DNA of 64,000 nt from Octopus sinensis (lineage: Eukaryota), in the NCBI RefSeq assembly GCF_006345805.1, contig NC_043003.1, forward strand, positions 83,452,001 through 83,516,000, in the 5' to 3' direction. Every line of letters starts with the position of its first letter. The stretch's first letter is position 1. The notes under the pieces were generated by a model. That model saw nothing but the letters and a program-made list of their open reading frames with translations, had not been told where the DNA came from and searched no databases. Shown one piece after another: positions 1-13,140 of this stretch. A program made the translations under genes and the position numbers.

Positions 1-2540
1 AGAACGGCTCAGTGTGCTGCCCAGGTAGACAAACTTGTCTACGACTTTCAGAATTGTTCCTTCAACCAAGATAGCTGGTTCCACATATGGACTTCCTGAT
101 GCTGGGTCGAACATTACAATAGTCTTCTCCAGACTAATTCTGAGTCCAAATGCCTTGCAAAAAGCAGAAATACGATTCATATGTATTTGCATGTCATCCA
201 CTGTAGAGTGACTAAGTCACAGTCATCTGCATAAAGGAGGTCACAAATAAGAGACTGGAAAACTTTTGAATTGGCAGCAAATCGGCGCAGATTAAAGAAG
301 CGGTCAGAAGATCGATACCTGACATATATTTCCAGAGAACTAACCTTAGCAAAAGCATGAGTAGAAGCAGCAGCAAAGTACACAGAAACGAGAGTTGAGG
401 CAAGGATGTCAACCTTCTTGACACCATTCTCTATAGGAATGAGTCCCGCTATGCCACCACCAACATTGATCTAAGCCTCCATCCCATCATGAAATGATTT
501 AAGTATAGATACAAAGTGGTCCGGACATCCAAGTTTTGCAAGTATTTTCCATAGCAAGTCTCTCTTCACAGTATCAAAGGCCTTGGTTAAAAAATGAATG
601 CCTGGACGTGATCCATATTCTTCTCATAGCACTTCTCCTGCAACTGTCTTGCTGTAAAAGCCGTTATCCATTGTTCCTCTACCAGATCGGAAGCCATATT
701 GCGATTCAGATAGGATATCATTTACGAGATACCCATTCAGGCTAGTAAGGAGATTTGCCAGCAGCTGGTGGTAAAGCAATACTTCTATATTTACCACACA
801 TTGTTCTGGCTCCTTTTTCTTTATAGAGAGGGAGAATAATTGCATCCTTCCAGTTTTTAGGCATTGCACCATCCCTTCTGACTGCACTAATAAGTTCATG
901 ATGGGACTGTATGATGTAATCACCACCAAATCGCAAAACCTCAGCACAAATTCCATCCTTTCCAGGTTCCCTACCAAGATTCAATTTATTTATTGATGTC
1001 ATCACTTCATCTATCGAGGGCGTGGAATTTAAGGAACCAATGATAGGTCTTTGTTGCATAGTATCAATCACTGTTTCATCCCTACTGACTCATGGTTTAA
1101 GAGTTCAGAGAAGTGTTCGATCCAGCGACCTGCGATTTCTGTTGATTTAGTAAATAGAGTGGAAGACTCCTTGGAAAACAAAGGAGCTGATGTGGAGCTC
1201 TTACACCCATAAACTTGCTTCATAAGATGGTAGAGCTTCTTGCTGTCATTTGCATCAGCAACAGCCTGAACATCTCGAGCAAGATCCTCCCACCAAGTGT
1301 TCTGCATCTTCTTTAGAGATCGCTGCAGTAGTGATTTTACACTGCTATAGTGGGCAAGTGCTAGATTTCTCAACACAGCTGAAAGTCCTCTGTGCAGCAA
1401 TACATTGTGGGCATGGTGCTTTACAGCCAATAGGCACCGAACTTCAGCATCATTTTCATCATATCAGTCTCTGTGTCTGGCAGTAGCATATCCCACTGTT
1501 TCAGCAACACATTGAAGAACCTGATCTCGAAAATCTTCGCATGTTGCAGTATTTTCAGTGCTGGACAAACGAGTGTGAAGCTCTTTCCTCAACACAGCAT
1601 TATTTATCTTATGGTCATTCAGACCCCGGGGAATGCTGAATGGCCCTCTCCTCTCTTTCACTGTAATCAACATTCGGAAGTTTGCTCGCACCAGACTCCG
1701 GTCTGTCCAGCATTCCGATCCATGAAAGGACTTGACGTTACAAATGTCATAGATGTCACGCTTGCGGATGATGACATAATCCAGCAAGTGCCAAACTTTA
1801 GACCTTGGTTGCATCCACGTTGTTGTGTGATCACCTTTGTACATAAAATGAGTGCTTGCGATGTAAATTCCATGTTCATCGCAAAGCTCCAGCAGCATCA
1901 GACCATTGCTATTCATTTTCCCTACAACAAAACGTCCTAGAGAGTTCCGTGTTTGCCAGTCTGCTCCAATCCTGACATTGAAATCCCCCAGTAGAATGAT
2001 TTTATCAGAATTGGGGATTTTCCTAAGTATGGCTCTCAGCTGGGTATAAAAATTAGTTTTATCTTCATCCCAACTAGTCAAAGTAAGTGCATGGGTACTT
2101 ATTAGAGCAGCAAACCACCCACCTTTCAAGTGCAATCGTAGAGGCATTAGACGTTCATTTATAGGAACAGGAAATTCCTTCAACTTTTTAAGGATATCAG
2201 ATTGAACTGCAAAGCCAACACCACCCTTCTACTTCCCCTTCCAAAAGAATGTGGTATCTCCTACTTCCTCAAGCTGACCATTACTTTCTATACGAGTCTC
2301 TGAAAGTGCAGCTATATCTGTGTTATAACGGTTCAGCTCGTGAGCAACAAGTGCAGTGCGTCTTTCAGGCCTACAATCACTTTTGTTAGCCAACAGGGTG
2401 CGCACATTCCAACATGAAATGTTCAAGTTCCATCCAGATTTTGTAAATAAAAGTCTCTTTGTTTTACGAGCGCAGGGTGGACATCCGTCAGTCGCGCTAA
2501 ATTGACCAGATATGGAAAGACAGGCAATTTTTGGGTTCAC
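1..2540 (-). pseudogene. APE endonuclease-reverse transcriptase ORF of the RTE element, broken by frameshifts
   Basis: ORF track pieces 2229-2540, 1464-2183, 1068-1430, 742-1071, 624-977 and 177-383 are successive parts of one RTE ORF in different frames. Confidence 0.9.
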
Positions 2541-2813
2541 CTTTTCTAGAACCTCCCCGGCCTCCGGGCGAGCAGTGCCTTCTCCAAATGGAGCTGCTCA
2601 GACACCCATGCAATAACCGAATCCTACTGCTGTCTTGGGCCGCCTACGCGCAGATCACTGACTACATGCTTCCAACCCATCAGGTCTGCATGCTTCACCA
2701 CCTTCACATCGCACAGGATTTCCGAATAAAAATAAAAAACATAAAAAATAAATAACTATATAAATATATACTAAAACTAATGATACATACATACTGTATA
2801 ATAAAATAAATAA

Positions 2814-2846
<33 letters not shown>

Positions 2847-3415
2847 GGAAAAAAGCAGCAAACATCGAGCAGAGATCAGCAATACCTGCGTAGAGTTTTA
2901 GGTCCAATAAGCCTTGCACGACACCTCATAGACCCTCTCCACTTTATTGACATTATCCAGAGACAAGCCGGAGCAAGATGTCTGGTGCCAATATGAGTTG
3001 TAGGCTCAGGGGTCTGGGAGCGCCATGATCTCTAGCACAAACCAAAGATCTCTAAAATTTCCAATGCCATTCCTTGCATTTCTGGTTTTATATCAGTGAC
3101 CTTTTCCTAGTGAGCTTCAACAGAAGCTGAGGCGTGCCTCACTCTCAGTGGTTTTTCAGCACGCCGGACACCATCCCGGAATTTCTGCGTACCCATGCTA
3201 TTGCTAGATAGCCGCTGAGCCTACACTACGTTCATCCGACCTTTCAATAGGCCTTTTTAATCCTGCTGGGTTTCTAGCAATCCTCCTCACCAGGATAGCC
3301 TGATGGGAGTGCCAGTTTAGTCACCGACAACCCGACCATGCAGCAGGTTGTACTGGATTCCATGTTACCAGTAGCACTTATAAGAGCTTCATAAGTGGCC
3401 TGGTGTATATATGAA
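1..3415 (-). mobile_element. RTE-clade LINE, decayed, with long putative 5' UTR (about 2541-3415) interrupted by an AT-rich/(TA)n patch at about 2722-2860; runs off the left edge
   Basis: Minus-strand ORF pieces give an APE N-terminus (WNVRTLL..RPERRTALVAHELNRYNTDIAALSETR), LLGDFN, WHLLDYVII and RT motifs (ESQYGFRSGRGT, LLYADD, VDKFVYLGSTLS). Assigning 2860-3415 to the UTR is inferred from GC-richer sequence continuous with the element. Confidence 0.85.
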
Positions 3416-3424
3416 ACACAAATA

Positions 3425-3640
3425 CAGTAATCCCTCGACTATTGCGGGTGTTACGTTCCAAAAACTACCCGCAATACATGAAAATCCGCGAAGTAGAAAT
3501 AGTACTGAACTGTATATTTTTTTAGGTTTTTATAATTTGTATATATTTATTTTATTAAATGCGAAACAACACCCGATGAATCTAGGTAAACTTAAATAAT
3601 AAACCGAGAGAGTTGAACCGCGATATGGCGAGGTATTAAT
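3425..3640. mobile_element. pogo/Tigger-like MITE (Tc1/mariner superfamily)
   Basis: Left end TA|CAGTAATCCCTCGACTATTGCGGGT; right end AACCGCGATATGGCGAGGTATTAAT is a degenerate inverted copy; about 215 bp, no ORF. Confidence 0.65.
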
Positions 3641-3645
3641 ATATA

Positions 3646-3685
3646 CTATGTATATCTATATATATATATACATACACACACACAC

Positions 3686-3749
<64 letters not shown>

Positions 3750-3767
3750 GTATACATTTATATATTC

Positions 3768-3799
<32 letters not shown>

Positions 3800-3820
3800 T
3801 ATATATACATTTATATATTC

Positions 3821-3855
<35 letters not shown>

Positions 3856-3900
3856 ATATATGCGTATATATGTATGTACGTATGTATGTATATGTGTTTT
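3646..3900. repeat. (TA)n/(CA)n/(TG)n compound microsatellite
   Basis: Seen directly in sequence. Confidence 0.95.
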
Positions 3901-4068
3901 TATGTGTGTGTATGTGCCTGTGCGCGCGCTTTTCATTTACATGGGAAAGGTCGCTGAAATTGGTGTTGTTGACAACTACACGTCAACAACTTCCTGCTTC
4001 GAAGACGTGTAAAATAAATTAACTTTTACATGTAAAAAACGAAAGGAAATGAAGAATATATATGAAGA

Positions 4069-4070
4069 AT

Positions 4071-4107
<37 letters not shown>

Positions 4108-4117
4108 AAGATGGATG

Positions 4118-4207
<90 letters not shown>

Positions 4208-4217
4208 AAGATGGATG

Positions 4218-4295
<78 letters not shown>

Positions 4296-4305
4296 AAGAT
4301 GGATG

Positions 4306-4360
<55 letters not shown>

Positions 4361-4399
4361 GATAGATAGAAAGATGGATGGATAGATAGATAGATAGAT

Positions 4400-4441
<42 letters not shown>

Positions 4442-4446
4442 GGATG

Positions 4447-4492
<46 letters not shown>

Positions 4493-4502
4493 AAGATGGA
4501 TG

Positions 4503-4553
<51 letters not shown>

Positions 4554-4558
4554 GGATG

Positions 4559-4635
<77 letters not shown>

Positions 4636-4650
4636 GTAGATAGGTAGGTC
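4069..4650. repeat. (GATA)n tetranucleotide array with recurrent GAAAGATGGATG variants
   Basis: Seen directly in sequence. Confidence 0.97.
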
Positions 4651-4734
4651 GATAGATAGATATGTCTTTTATAAATGTTACATGAACGATCATGTTTTGA
4701 AAAGAAATTTAGTATTTTATTTCATATGTACGTG

Positions 4735-4797
4735 AGTGTGCGCTTGTGTGTGCATTTGTGCGTGTGTTTGTGTGTGTGTTGGTATGTGTGTGTGTGT

Positions 4798-4838
<41 letters not shown>

Positions 4839-4849
4839 TGTGTGTGTGT

Positions 4850-4888
<39 letters not shown>

Positions 4889-4975
4889 CACGTTGTCATT
4901 TCGGTCGGCAACAGCCAAGACTGCAATGTAAGTTCGAAATCTAATTGGAAAACTTTACTTGACCCTCGTCCTTTT
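4735..4975. repeat. (GT)n tract followed by an ~90-bp dispersed repeat (copy 1)
   Basis: TTCACGTTGTCATTT..GCAACAGCCAAGACTGCAATGTAAGTTCGA..CTAATT..ACTTTACTTGACCC at 4887-4975 recurs at 13053-13140, again next to (GT)n. Confidence 0.85.
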
Positions 4976-5189
4976 TACAATTTTACGATAAATGTTTTGA
5001 ACAAAATACCAGCTACTGCAAAGTAAAACCTCCCACTTGCATTTGGCACTTCTGACTATCATTGACTCCCACCACATCTGGTGTTTTAGTTTCCTTCTAT
5101 CTGCGTGACTGTGGGGTGAAAAACATGGTGTTTTATTATATATAAGACATATTGGTGTATATAACGTTTTATAATGTGTATACAAGCAT

Positions 5190-5600
5190 AGAACGGCTTT
5201 AGCTACGGATATTTTGTCTCAAACGTCTCAAAGATTGAAATATTTTTATTTCTAAGTCTCTCTAAAGGAGACTACGGCAGCGGTACTGGATATTAACAGT
5301 TATCGCCAAGCTAATATGGCAGTCCAGAAATATAGGACTAAAGCTCCAAGAGGTCATCGGCTCTAGCTAGCTATAGGACACACGAAGATGTGTCCATTAT
5401 AACCCTCAAACAGGGGAGGTCAGCTGCTTCCCCTTGCTGGTCAGGCATCTGCAGACATGTTTCAGGGTATTTGCCCTTTATCAATGCTGAATAGCCAAAC
5501 CCGGCAGGCGTCTCAAGGATTAAAAGCCACAAAGCCGGAAGGTCCACAGTGTTTTGACCTCCTTAAGCGACGAAACACCCCGGGCGTTTTGAACCAATAC
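5190..5600 (-). mobile_element. Probable Penelope-type pseudo-LTR repeat carrying a decayed hammerhead motif (5450-5488)
   Basis: Minus strand reads GCA-TTGATAA-A-GGG caaata CCC-TGAAAC-AT-GTC-TGC, a hammerhead layout with core substitutions. Outer boundaries are uncertain. Confidence 0.45.
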
Positions 5601-7000
5601 AAAAATTCTTATTCCGATATAGAAATCGATAAATAAAACATCTACTGATTTGTGCAAAAGCAAACAAGGCAAGAATTAAATTATATAAGCACTTGAAACA
5701 GCTTAAGATCAAAATACCGGTGCGTATAACTCATAAGTTTCTTTGAGATGTTTTTCTGATACAATACAAAATAGTACAGCCAGCCAGTAATGTTCCACGT
5801 TTGTATACACGTCATAAATGTTATACATACCGATAGTTTAATCTATGATTGTTTCAAGAGAGTATATTAATTTAATTCTACCCTGGACAGGGGTGTGTGT
5901 TCGTGCATGTGTGTATGTGGTGTGTGCGGTGTGTAAGCATTTGAGCATACATGTGTGTGTGTGTTTGCATACAACGCACACATATTTATTTATATATTAT
6001 ATTTTATGATGTGTATATTTTATTATATGTTTATATTATATTAAATTATATATTATAGTGTGTGTATTTGTGTGAGTGTGTGTGTTTGTGTGACTGTGTG
6101 TGTTTGTGTGTGTGTGCGTGAATGTATACACACACACGCACATACACATAAACACATACACGAGTATGTATAAACACACACATATATGAAAAATTGTTCG
6201 TCAGGATTTATAGATTCCAACATGATTCAACATCCTCATCATCGCCATCATCAACACCATCTCCTTTTCTTTCGTACCACTACAACTACTACTACTATTT
6301 CTTCTTTGTTCTTTTATCCTTTGACTTTCGTGTCAGCCTCTTCATCATCAGATTACGACTTTCTCTTTTTCGTTCCATTTCTTTTCTTCGACTATATCTT
6401 ATTCTTCCGTCTTCTCGTCTTCACTTTAAATTATTTTTATCCTCATTTTACTTGTTTCTTCATCTTTTGCTCCTCTCCATAGTCCTTTTAATGTTCATTT
6501 CCCTTCTTCTCCTTTTTTACTAATCTCTTCATATTTTCTTGGTCCAGAGGCAAAGATGAACCTAATCGACTACCCTGTCGCTAATCCCACATAATTAAAA
6601 TCAGCTGCGCAAAGTTACAAAACAAAAACATCTCGTTAACGACACATTGCTGCGACCGCTTTCAGGGGTGAACTTCACCAAATAATAACATGAGACCCAC
6701 TTACCTGAGGAGAACGGTGCAAATAGTTACACAACCCAATAGGGCATTCACTAAATCATCCCTCTGCCCGCTAGAAATAACAGCCAAATCTGTCTTTAAA
6801 AACAAATTTAATACTGACATGTTTAACACGCAAGTTACTTTGAGATGTTTTTCCGAGGAAAATAATTAGAGTTAGGTCTCTCTTGAAATGTAATCCCTGA
6901 TGAAAGGTGAAATGATGAAATGATCACGTCTGGAACGCTTCTATACCTAACTGTGTTCGATTTGGACAAACCTGCGGTTTAGCAGCTAAATCATCGATAT

Positions 7001-7543
7001 TTTTCTTTTCAGTTATTGGACTGTGGACATGCTGCAGCACCGCTTTGACGAATTAAGTCGAGTAAATCGACTCCAGTACTAGTTTTAAACTTGAAACTTA
7101 TACTATCGTTCTCTTTTATGCCGAACAGCTAAGTTATGGGGACATAAGCAAACCAACACCCTTTGTCAAGCCGTGGTAGGGACAACACAAACACGCACAT
7201 ACATACATACATAATGCTTAAAGGAGAATCTGGATAAAGTGGAATTATCAGAAAAAGAAACTGACCAGTTGATTCGTACATTACAAGTCCAATCTGTGAG
7301 TGGAACAGTAAAAGTATGCAAGACTTTTCTCAAGTTCCAAATGTGAATTTTTCTGTGTTAACTACATCCCAAAGATGGAGCCTTGTATCTTTGTTGGAAA
7401 CCGGCTCCCTCCTTAGTGGAAGATTTATAACAACTAAAAAATAGAACACACACACACACATGCACATATGCTTGTTTGTGTGTGTGCGAATGTGTGTGTG
7501 CGTGTGTGTGTGTGTGTTTATATGTGCGTGTGTTTGCGTTTGC

Positions 7544-7576
<33 letters not shown>

Positions 7577-7715
7577 TGTGTGTGTACACTACGGGCTTCT
7601 TTAATGTCACATTTCCACTCACAAGGCTTTAGCTGTTCCAGAGCCATAGTAGAAGGCATTGGTCCAAGATGCTACGCAGTGGGTTGGGAAGCAAGCTTGG
7701 ACACTGGTTCAAGAT
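7001..7715 (-). mobile_element. tRNA-derived SINE family A (head about 7586-7715, tail about 7001-7212), split by a non-LTR fragment and (GT)n
   Basis: Both parts match the full-length family A copy at 33273-33688 (CCACTCACAAGGCTTT..ATAGTAGAAG; GCCGAAC.GCTAAGT). Confidence 0.75.
7213..7445 (+). mobile_element. 3' end of an RLE-type (R4/NeSL-like) non-LTR element inserted in the SINE
   Basis: Translates LKENLDKVELSEKETDQLIRTLQVQSVSGTVKVCKTFLKFQM*, followed by a short UTR; resembles the C-terminal helix of RLE non-LTR ORFs. Confidence 0.55.
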
Positions 7716-8354
7716 GCCTCGCAGCCATGTCTGCGCTTATAACCTAATTACTGTAAAAAAATTAACCCTTGTGGAACCAGTCATAGTTAATAATTTCGTT
7801 CATAGAACAAAGTAGCGCGATTTAACGTAATACAATTAGTTTTGAAGTGATGTATCATATCTTTTGGCGTCATATGATGTCTGTCCATCGTCCAATAAGT
7901 AGTCTAGTGGTTCTGATCAAGTGAGAGTTGAAAGTCTTAACCAGCGAGGCATAATATTTCATTGTGGATCGTACATGAACCGACAACTTTTCTTTTTTAA
8001 TTTTTGTTTTGTTATTGTTGGGGGCTTTTTTTCCGTTACATCCTGTATTATGTGTCATGGTTGCTCTTGTTTTGGCTTTGGTTTTAGTTCAACTCTAACG
8101 AAGTCCAGATTAAGCCGGCCTGTCATCATAAGCATCCCGACCGTAATTAACACAATTTTTAGACATATGCAGAATTACATTCTCCAATGTGTCCTTCCGC
8201 TTCTTGTTTGTTTTTTTAAGCGTTAGTTGAATTTGGCACCTCGTTTAACGGATAGAGAGTGACCTGGTAGAGTCTTCCTCGGGGATTCATAAGTTCATAA
8301 GGTTACATCATCAGATCATGTCTAGATTCTTTTGTTTTGGCTGGTGTACCAGCT

Positions 8355-8800
8355 GCCTTGTTGGTTCATTAGAAAATCTCCCTTTGGTCTTATGTAGAAC
8401 TCCGTGTTGACTCATGTAAAGATTTCACAAGTGGCTCATGCACGAGTTCCTTAGTTGACTCAAGCAGTTCTACTTGTAGTCTCATAGCTCCTCCTTTGAC
8501 TCACGTGGAAGATCCCTTGATGGCTCTTATATAGACCGTCGTACGGCTTATCTAGAGAGTCCCTTGTTTCATTCAGTAACTGTTTTATTGGCTCTTACAG
8601 TAATTGCTTTGTTGAATCATGTGGAGATGTCTTTTTACTCCATCTAAAAACTTCTTAGGTGGATCATGTAGGGAGACTCGCCAGTTGATACATATAGATA
8701 TTTTTTGTTGCACAATGTAGGGATGGTTATATTGGCTCGCACAGAGACTGCCGAATTGATTCATTTAGAAACCTTTTGTTGCCTCATGAAGAGGCTACCT
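8355..8800. repeat. Highly decayed ~23-24-bp tandem repeat, about 19 units
   Basis: A TTG(A/G)CTCATGTAGAG-like core recurs at about 8407, 8431, 8455, 8496, 8520, 8612, 8658, 8732, 8756 and 8779. Confidence 0.7.
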
Positions 8801-9785
8801 TGCTGTGTAACCTATATTGACACTGTTTCGTTGATATGTATAGATTTCCCTCTTCAGTATTATTAGCATTGATCAGCCCCCAAACAACCGAGTGACATTT
8901 AATCGGGTCCGAACCATTTACATCCTAGTTTCATTCTGGCCATAAAACAAAACAAAAACCTGTGTGTTTCATCGATGAATTAATAAATGTTATTATCCTG
9001 ACACAAATGTGACACAAGTGAATTCAAAGATCAAAGCTTCGATATGACAAAGAATCCGACAACTAAACCTTTGATGTATTTTGAAAGTTGAAAATATCTC
9101 GCTGTTAGGATTTTTCTACAAAAACACAATAAAAATTTTCTTTTCTATGAGTGTATCGTTATAGTTATTTTTTAATAGTTCATTACTTTTTATTCTTTTA
9201 CATGCTTAAGTCACTGGACTGCAGCCATGCTAGTTCGTTGCATATTTCAAGTTTGGTACTTATTTGTCGAACCGCTATATTACGGAATATAAAGAGCCCA
9301 AACAAACATAAATGTCATAGATTTTTTTTTCCAACATAGTTCTTGGCTTTTTTATTATTATTCATGTCATCCCCACCGCCTCAATAAATAGGAGAGACGT
9401 CAGTCAGACTTTAATGTAAGCTATATTGCATGTAACTTCATCATATATATCTCTTAACATCGACAATTTCCAGTATGAATGAATGATAACATAAGTAAAT
9501 AAAATCGTTCATGAATGGTGACTAATGAGAAACAGGACACGGTTTCTCGGCTATATGTATTTGTTAGAACTAATTTTAATTGCAAACTACAACAGCCTAA
9601 CTGATATGTGTGTGTATCTGTGTACCTGTGTGTTTATCTCTGTGTGTGCTTGTGTGTCAGTAAATAAATATATATAGATATATAGATATATAGAGATATA
9701 GATATATGCATGCACATATAGATACAATCATATACGCACGTACAGGAATTAAATGATAAACATCAGTTGTGAAATAGTTGATTGA

Positions 9786-10620
<835 letters not shown>

Positions 10621-11699
10621 GCATTCATGCCCTAATTCACCAATTGGTGTGTTATACTATAATTTTTTGCGTATATCTTTTGCCAGTCTGAATGAGTGTA
10701 TATATGCGTACATGTATGTGTGTATATATCGAAAGCATGAGGAACAAATGTCTCATGTGTGATTTGAACACTGGACATAGAAACAAAAAACAAAAAGAAG
10801 CATATAACACGTTAGGCGTTTAGTCAGGGTGTCTAATAATGCGGTCATTTGCGATAAGATATAAAAATATAACATAGCCATATAATCAATGACAATAATT
10901 CAACACTGCTGTTTACAACGTTATATTATCAATAGAACTTACCTCATATATAATTTATCAATACATTTATCGAGAGTAATTTGTTAAAACCGGAACCCGA
11001 ACAGAGAACATACCCTCCCCATGTAAAACAGTGCTTTGTTGTAAAAACAGTGCTTTTGTTGAGTTAATTAGTCCTTTAGAAAAATGACCGTATGATTTAT
11101 CTTTTCTTACAAAACCTCTTCGTTTTTGTTGAGAACTCGTGTTCCAAGATTGATGCTAAAACGGTTCCCAAATGAAAACCATGAATAGAATCAGTGACGT
11201 GTTATAGAAGAGTTCTATGATATATTGGTTCCCGCTTACCAGAATAACAGATTATCTTCGATTGCAAGTCTCACTTTCTCCTCATTATTGCTGATCGAAA
11301 CGCAGTGTTAACTTTCTAACATATTACAATCTCGATTTTAACGTAGCATGTTAGCAGTTGTCTCTCTTCTCAGCTCATACGGGAGAAATATTTCAGATTT
11401 TCTCATCAATGAACTCATTCTTTTATGCCAATGAAAAGAGAGAAAAAGAAATAGCTTGTCAGATATATAAGCCAATTTTTCCACCCATTTTTTTTTTTTA
11501 TCTACTCGGGCATTTTTCAGGTTGATTCTCTGAGCTGTTTGTAAAATAATGATAAATTTGCAAAATAATGATAAATTAGCAAACACTGTACAATCCATGC
11601 TACCCCCATCTGCTCAAACCAATGAAGTGTACTTCGCCATGTTCCTTCTAGAAGGGGTAGTAAAATAAATATGTTATTAAGTCTGGACCTTGGAATTAG

Positions 11700-12110
11700 A
11701 ATCCATAATTTGAGGCAGAGGCGAGATTTGTAAAACTGACGTGTTACCAAAAATTGCTAGTTATGCCGAGAAGGTCGAATTTAAAGCAATGTTTGTTAAA
11801 ATTAGTGGTAAGGGTTGGCTTGTGGGCTGTAGAAAGAAGTGAGTTTTGATGCTTCCACGAAGAAATAAAATCATTTATTCAAATAAGAGGTCTTTTCCGT
11901 TAGTCATAACTCACCTTGCCTCATGTTATACGATCTTATACATAGATTTTTATGAAGAATCTTTTTTAAAAACTTATTGTCGAGTGTGATATCCAGTATT
12001 CCAAGTATTAATCCGGCATACTCCAATTTCGTCTACTTTCTCTTTCTCGAATAATCAAAATTTGGCTGCCCAGGCCAGGAGAGGAATCTTCAGTTAAATT
12101 TCGTTCTTGG
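11700..12110 (-). mobile_element. Decayed CR1-like LINE, RT C-terminal fragment
   Basis: Minus translation includes LILGILDITLDNK and FYKSRLCLKL, resembling the L.ILG...T..L.W..HI and LYK..IRP.LE motifs. Confidence 0.4.
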
Positions 12111-12171
12111 TGTCCTTCAATTATTCAGGCATCTTTCTAGTCTCTGATAAGTCATCTAACACACAAAAGAG

Positions 12172-12388
12172 GCAGCCGTTCAAGAATTTGGACCTGGAGA
12201 TCTCCCTTTCCAGCGACCTCGAGGGCCACCTCCCAGTGGTGTCGGGCGTCAACGAAGAGCCCTCGACTACAACAATACGACCAAAGTTGTTTTTTTTCCA
12301 AGGTCTGGGGTCTCCCGCCCCTAAGCCCTAGACCATCACCTATTCACCCTTACCCGTCTGGTTGCTTAACAACAACAACAACAACAAA
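12172..12388 (+). mobile_element. ~200-bp GC-rich dispersed repeat with (AAC)n tail (copy 1), probably a SINE or LINE 3' end
   Basis: Closely similar copy at 37360-37560; 3' stem-loop GGTCTGGGGT/(A/G)CCCTAGACC lies before the tail. Confidence 0.8.
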
Positions 12389-12425
12389 AGAGGCTCTATT
12401 ACACAATTGTTGATGTTGTTGCTTA

Positions 12426-12587
12426 TGAAGTTTTAGATTATAAGATGGTGGTGGTGGTGGTGGTGGTGGTGGTGGTGGTGGCGATGGCGGCGATGGCGGC
12501 GATGGCGGCGATGGCGGCGATGGCGGCGGTGGCTGCGGTGGCGGTGGTGGTGGTGGTGATGGTGGTGGTGGTCGTCGTCGTCGTATA
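12426..12587. repeat. (GGT)n/(GGCGATGGC)n/(GTC)n compound repeat
   Basis: Seen directly in sequence. Confidence 0.9.
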
Positions 12588-12852
12588 GATGATATAATAC
12601 CAGTAAAAGCAGGAAAGTGAACTAAATGCTATACAGCGTTTAGTTTTGTTCCTTAACGATTCAGATCAAATGCTATTCAGTCAAATTGTTCTTTTCATAT
12701 CTCCATATTCAATAACATAATTATGGGTAATATACTTGGGTCGATTCAATCGACTATACAGCATCCCTAATAAACATCGACCTCGTTTCTAGTTAAGCAA
12801 AATCAATATAGCCTCCGTTAGTTTATATACACACTAGTTCAGTAGTCATAGT

Positions 12853-12999
12853 ATATGTGTGTGCGTGCGTGTGTGTGCATGTGAGGGAGTGTTTGTTCTG
12901 TGTGTGTGAGAGAGAGAGGGTGTGTCTGTTTCAGTGTGCGCGTGTGTGCGTGTGTGCGTGTGTGTGTGTGTGAGTGCGTGTGTGTGTGTGTGCGTGTGC

Positions 13000-13054
<55 letters not shown>

Positions 13055-13140
13055 CACGTTGTCATTTTGGTTAGCAACAGCCAAGACTGCAATGTAAGTT
13101 CGAGACCTAATTAGACCACTTTACTTGACCCCCGTTCTTC
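12853..13140. repeat. (GT)n tract followed by the ~90-bp dispersed repeat (copy 2)
   Basis: 13053-13140 matches 4887-4975. Confidence 0.85.

Noticed and set aside
3330-3415. HDV-like ribozyme expected at the RTE 5' end
   Set aside because: A P4-like hairpin (TACTGG/CCAGTA) and a weak P2 are visible on minus, but P1, P3 and L3 cannot be assigned.
6897-6950. CTGATGA as a hammerhead core
   Set aside because: Followed by GGAAC rather than GAAAC, with weak stem II and no stem I pairing.
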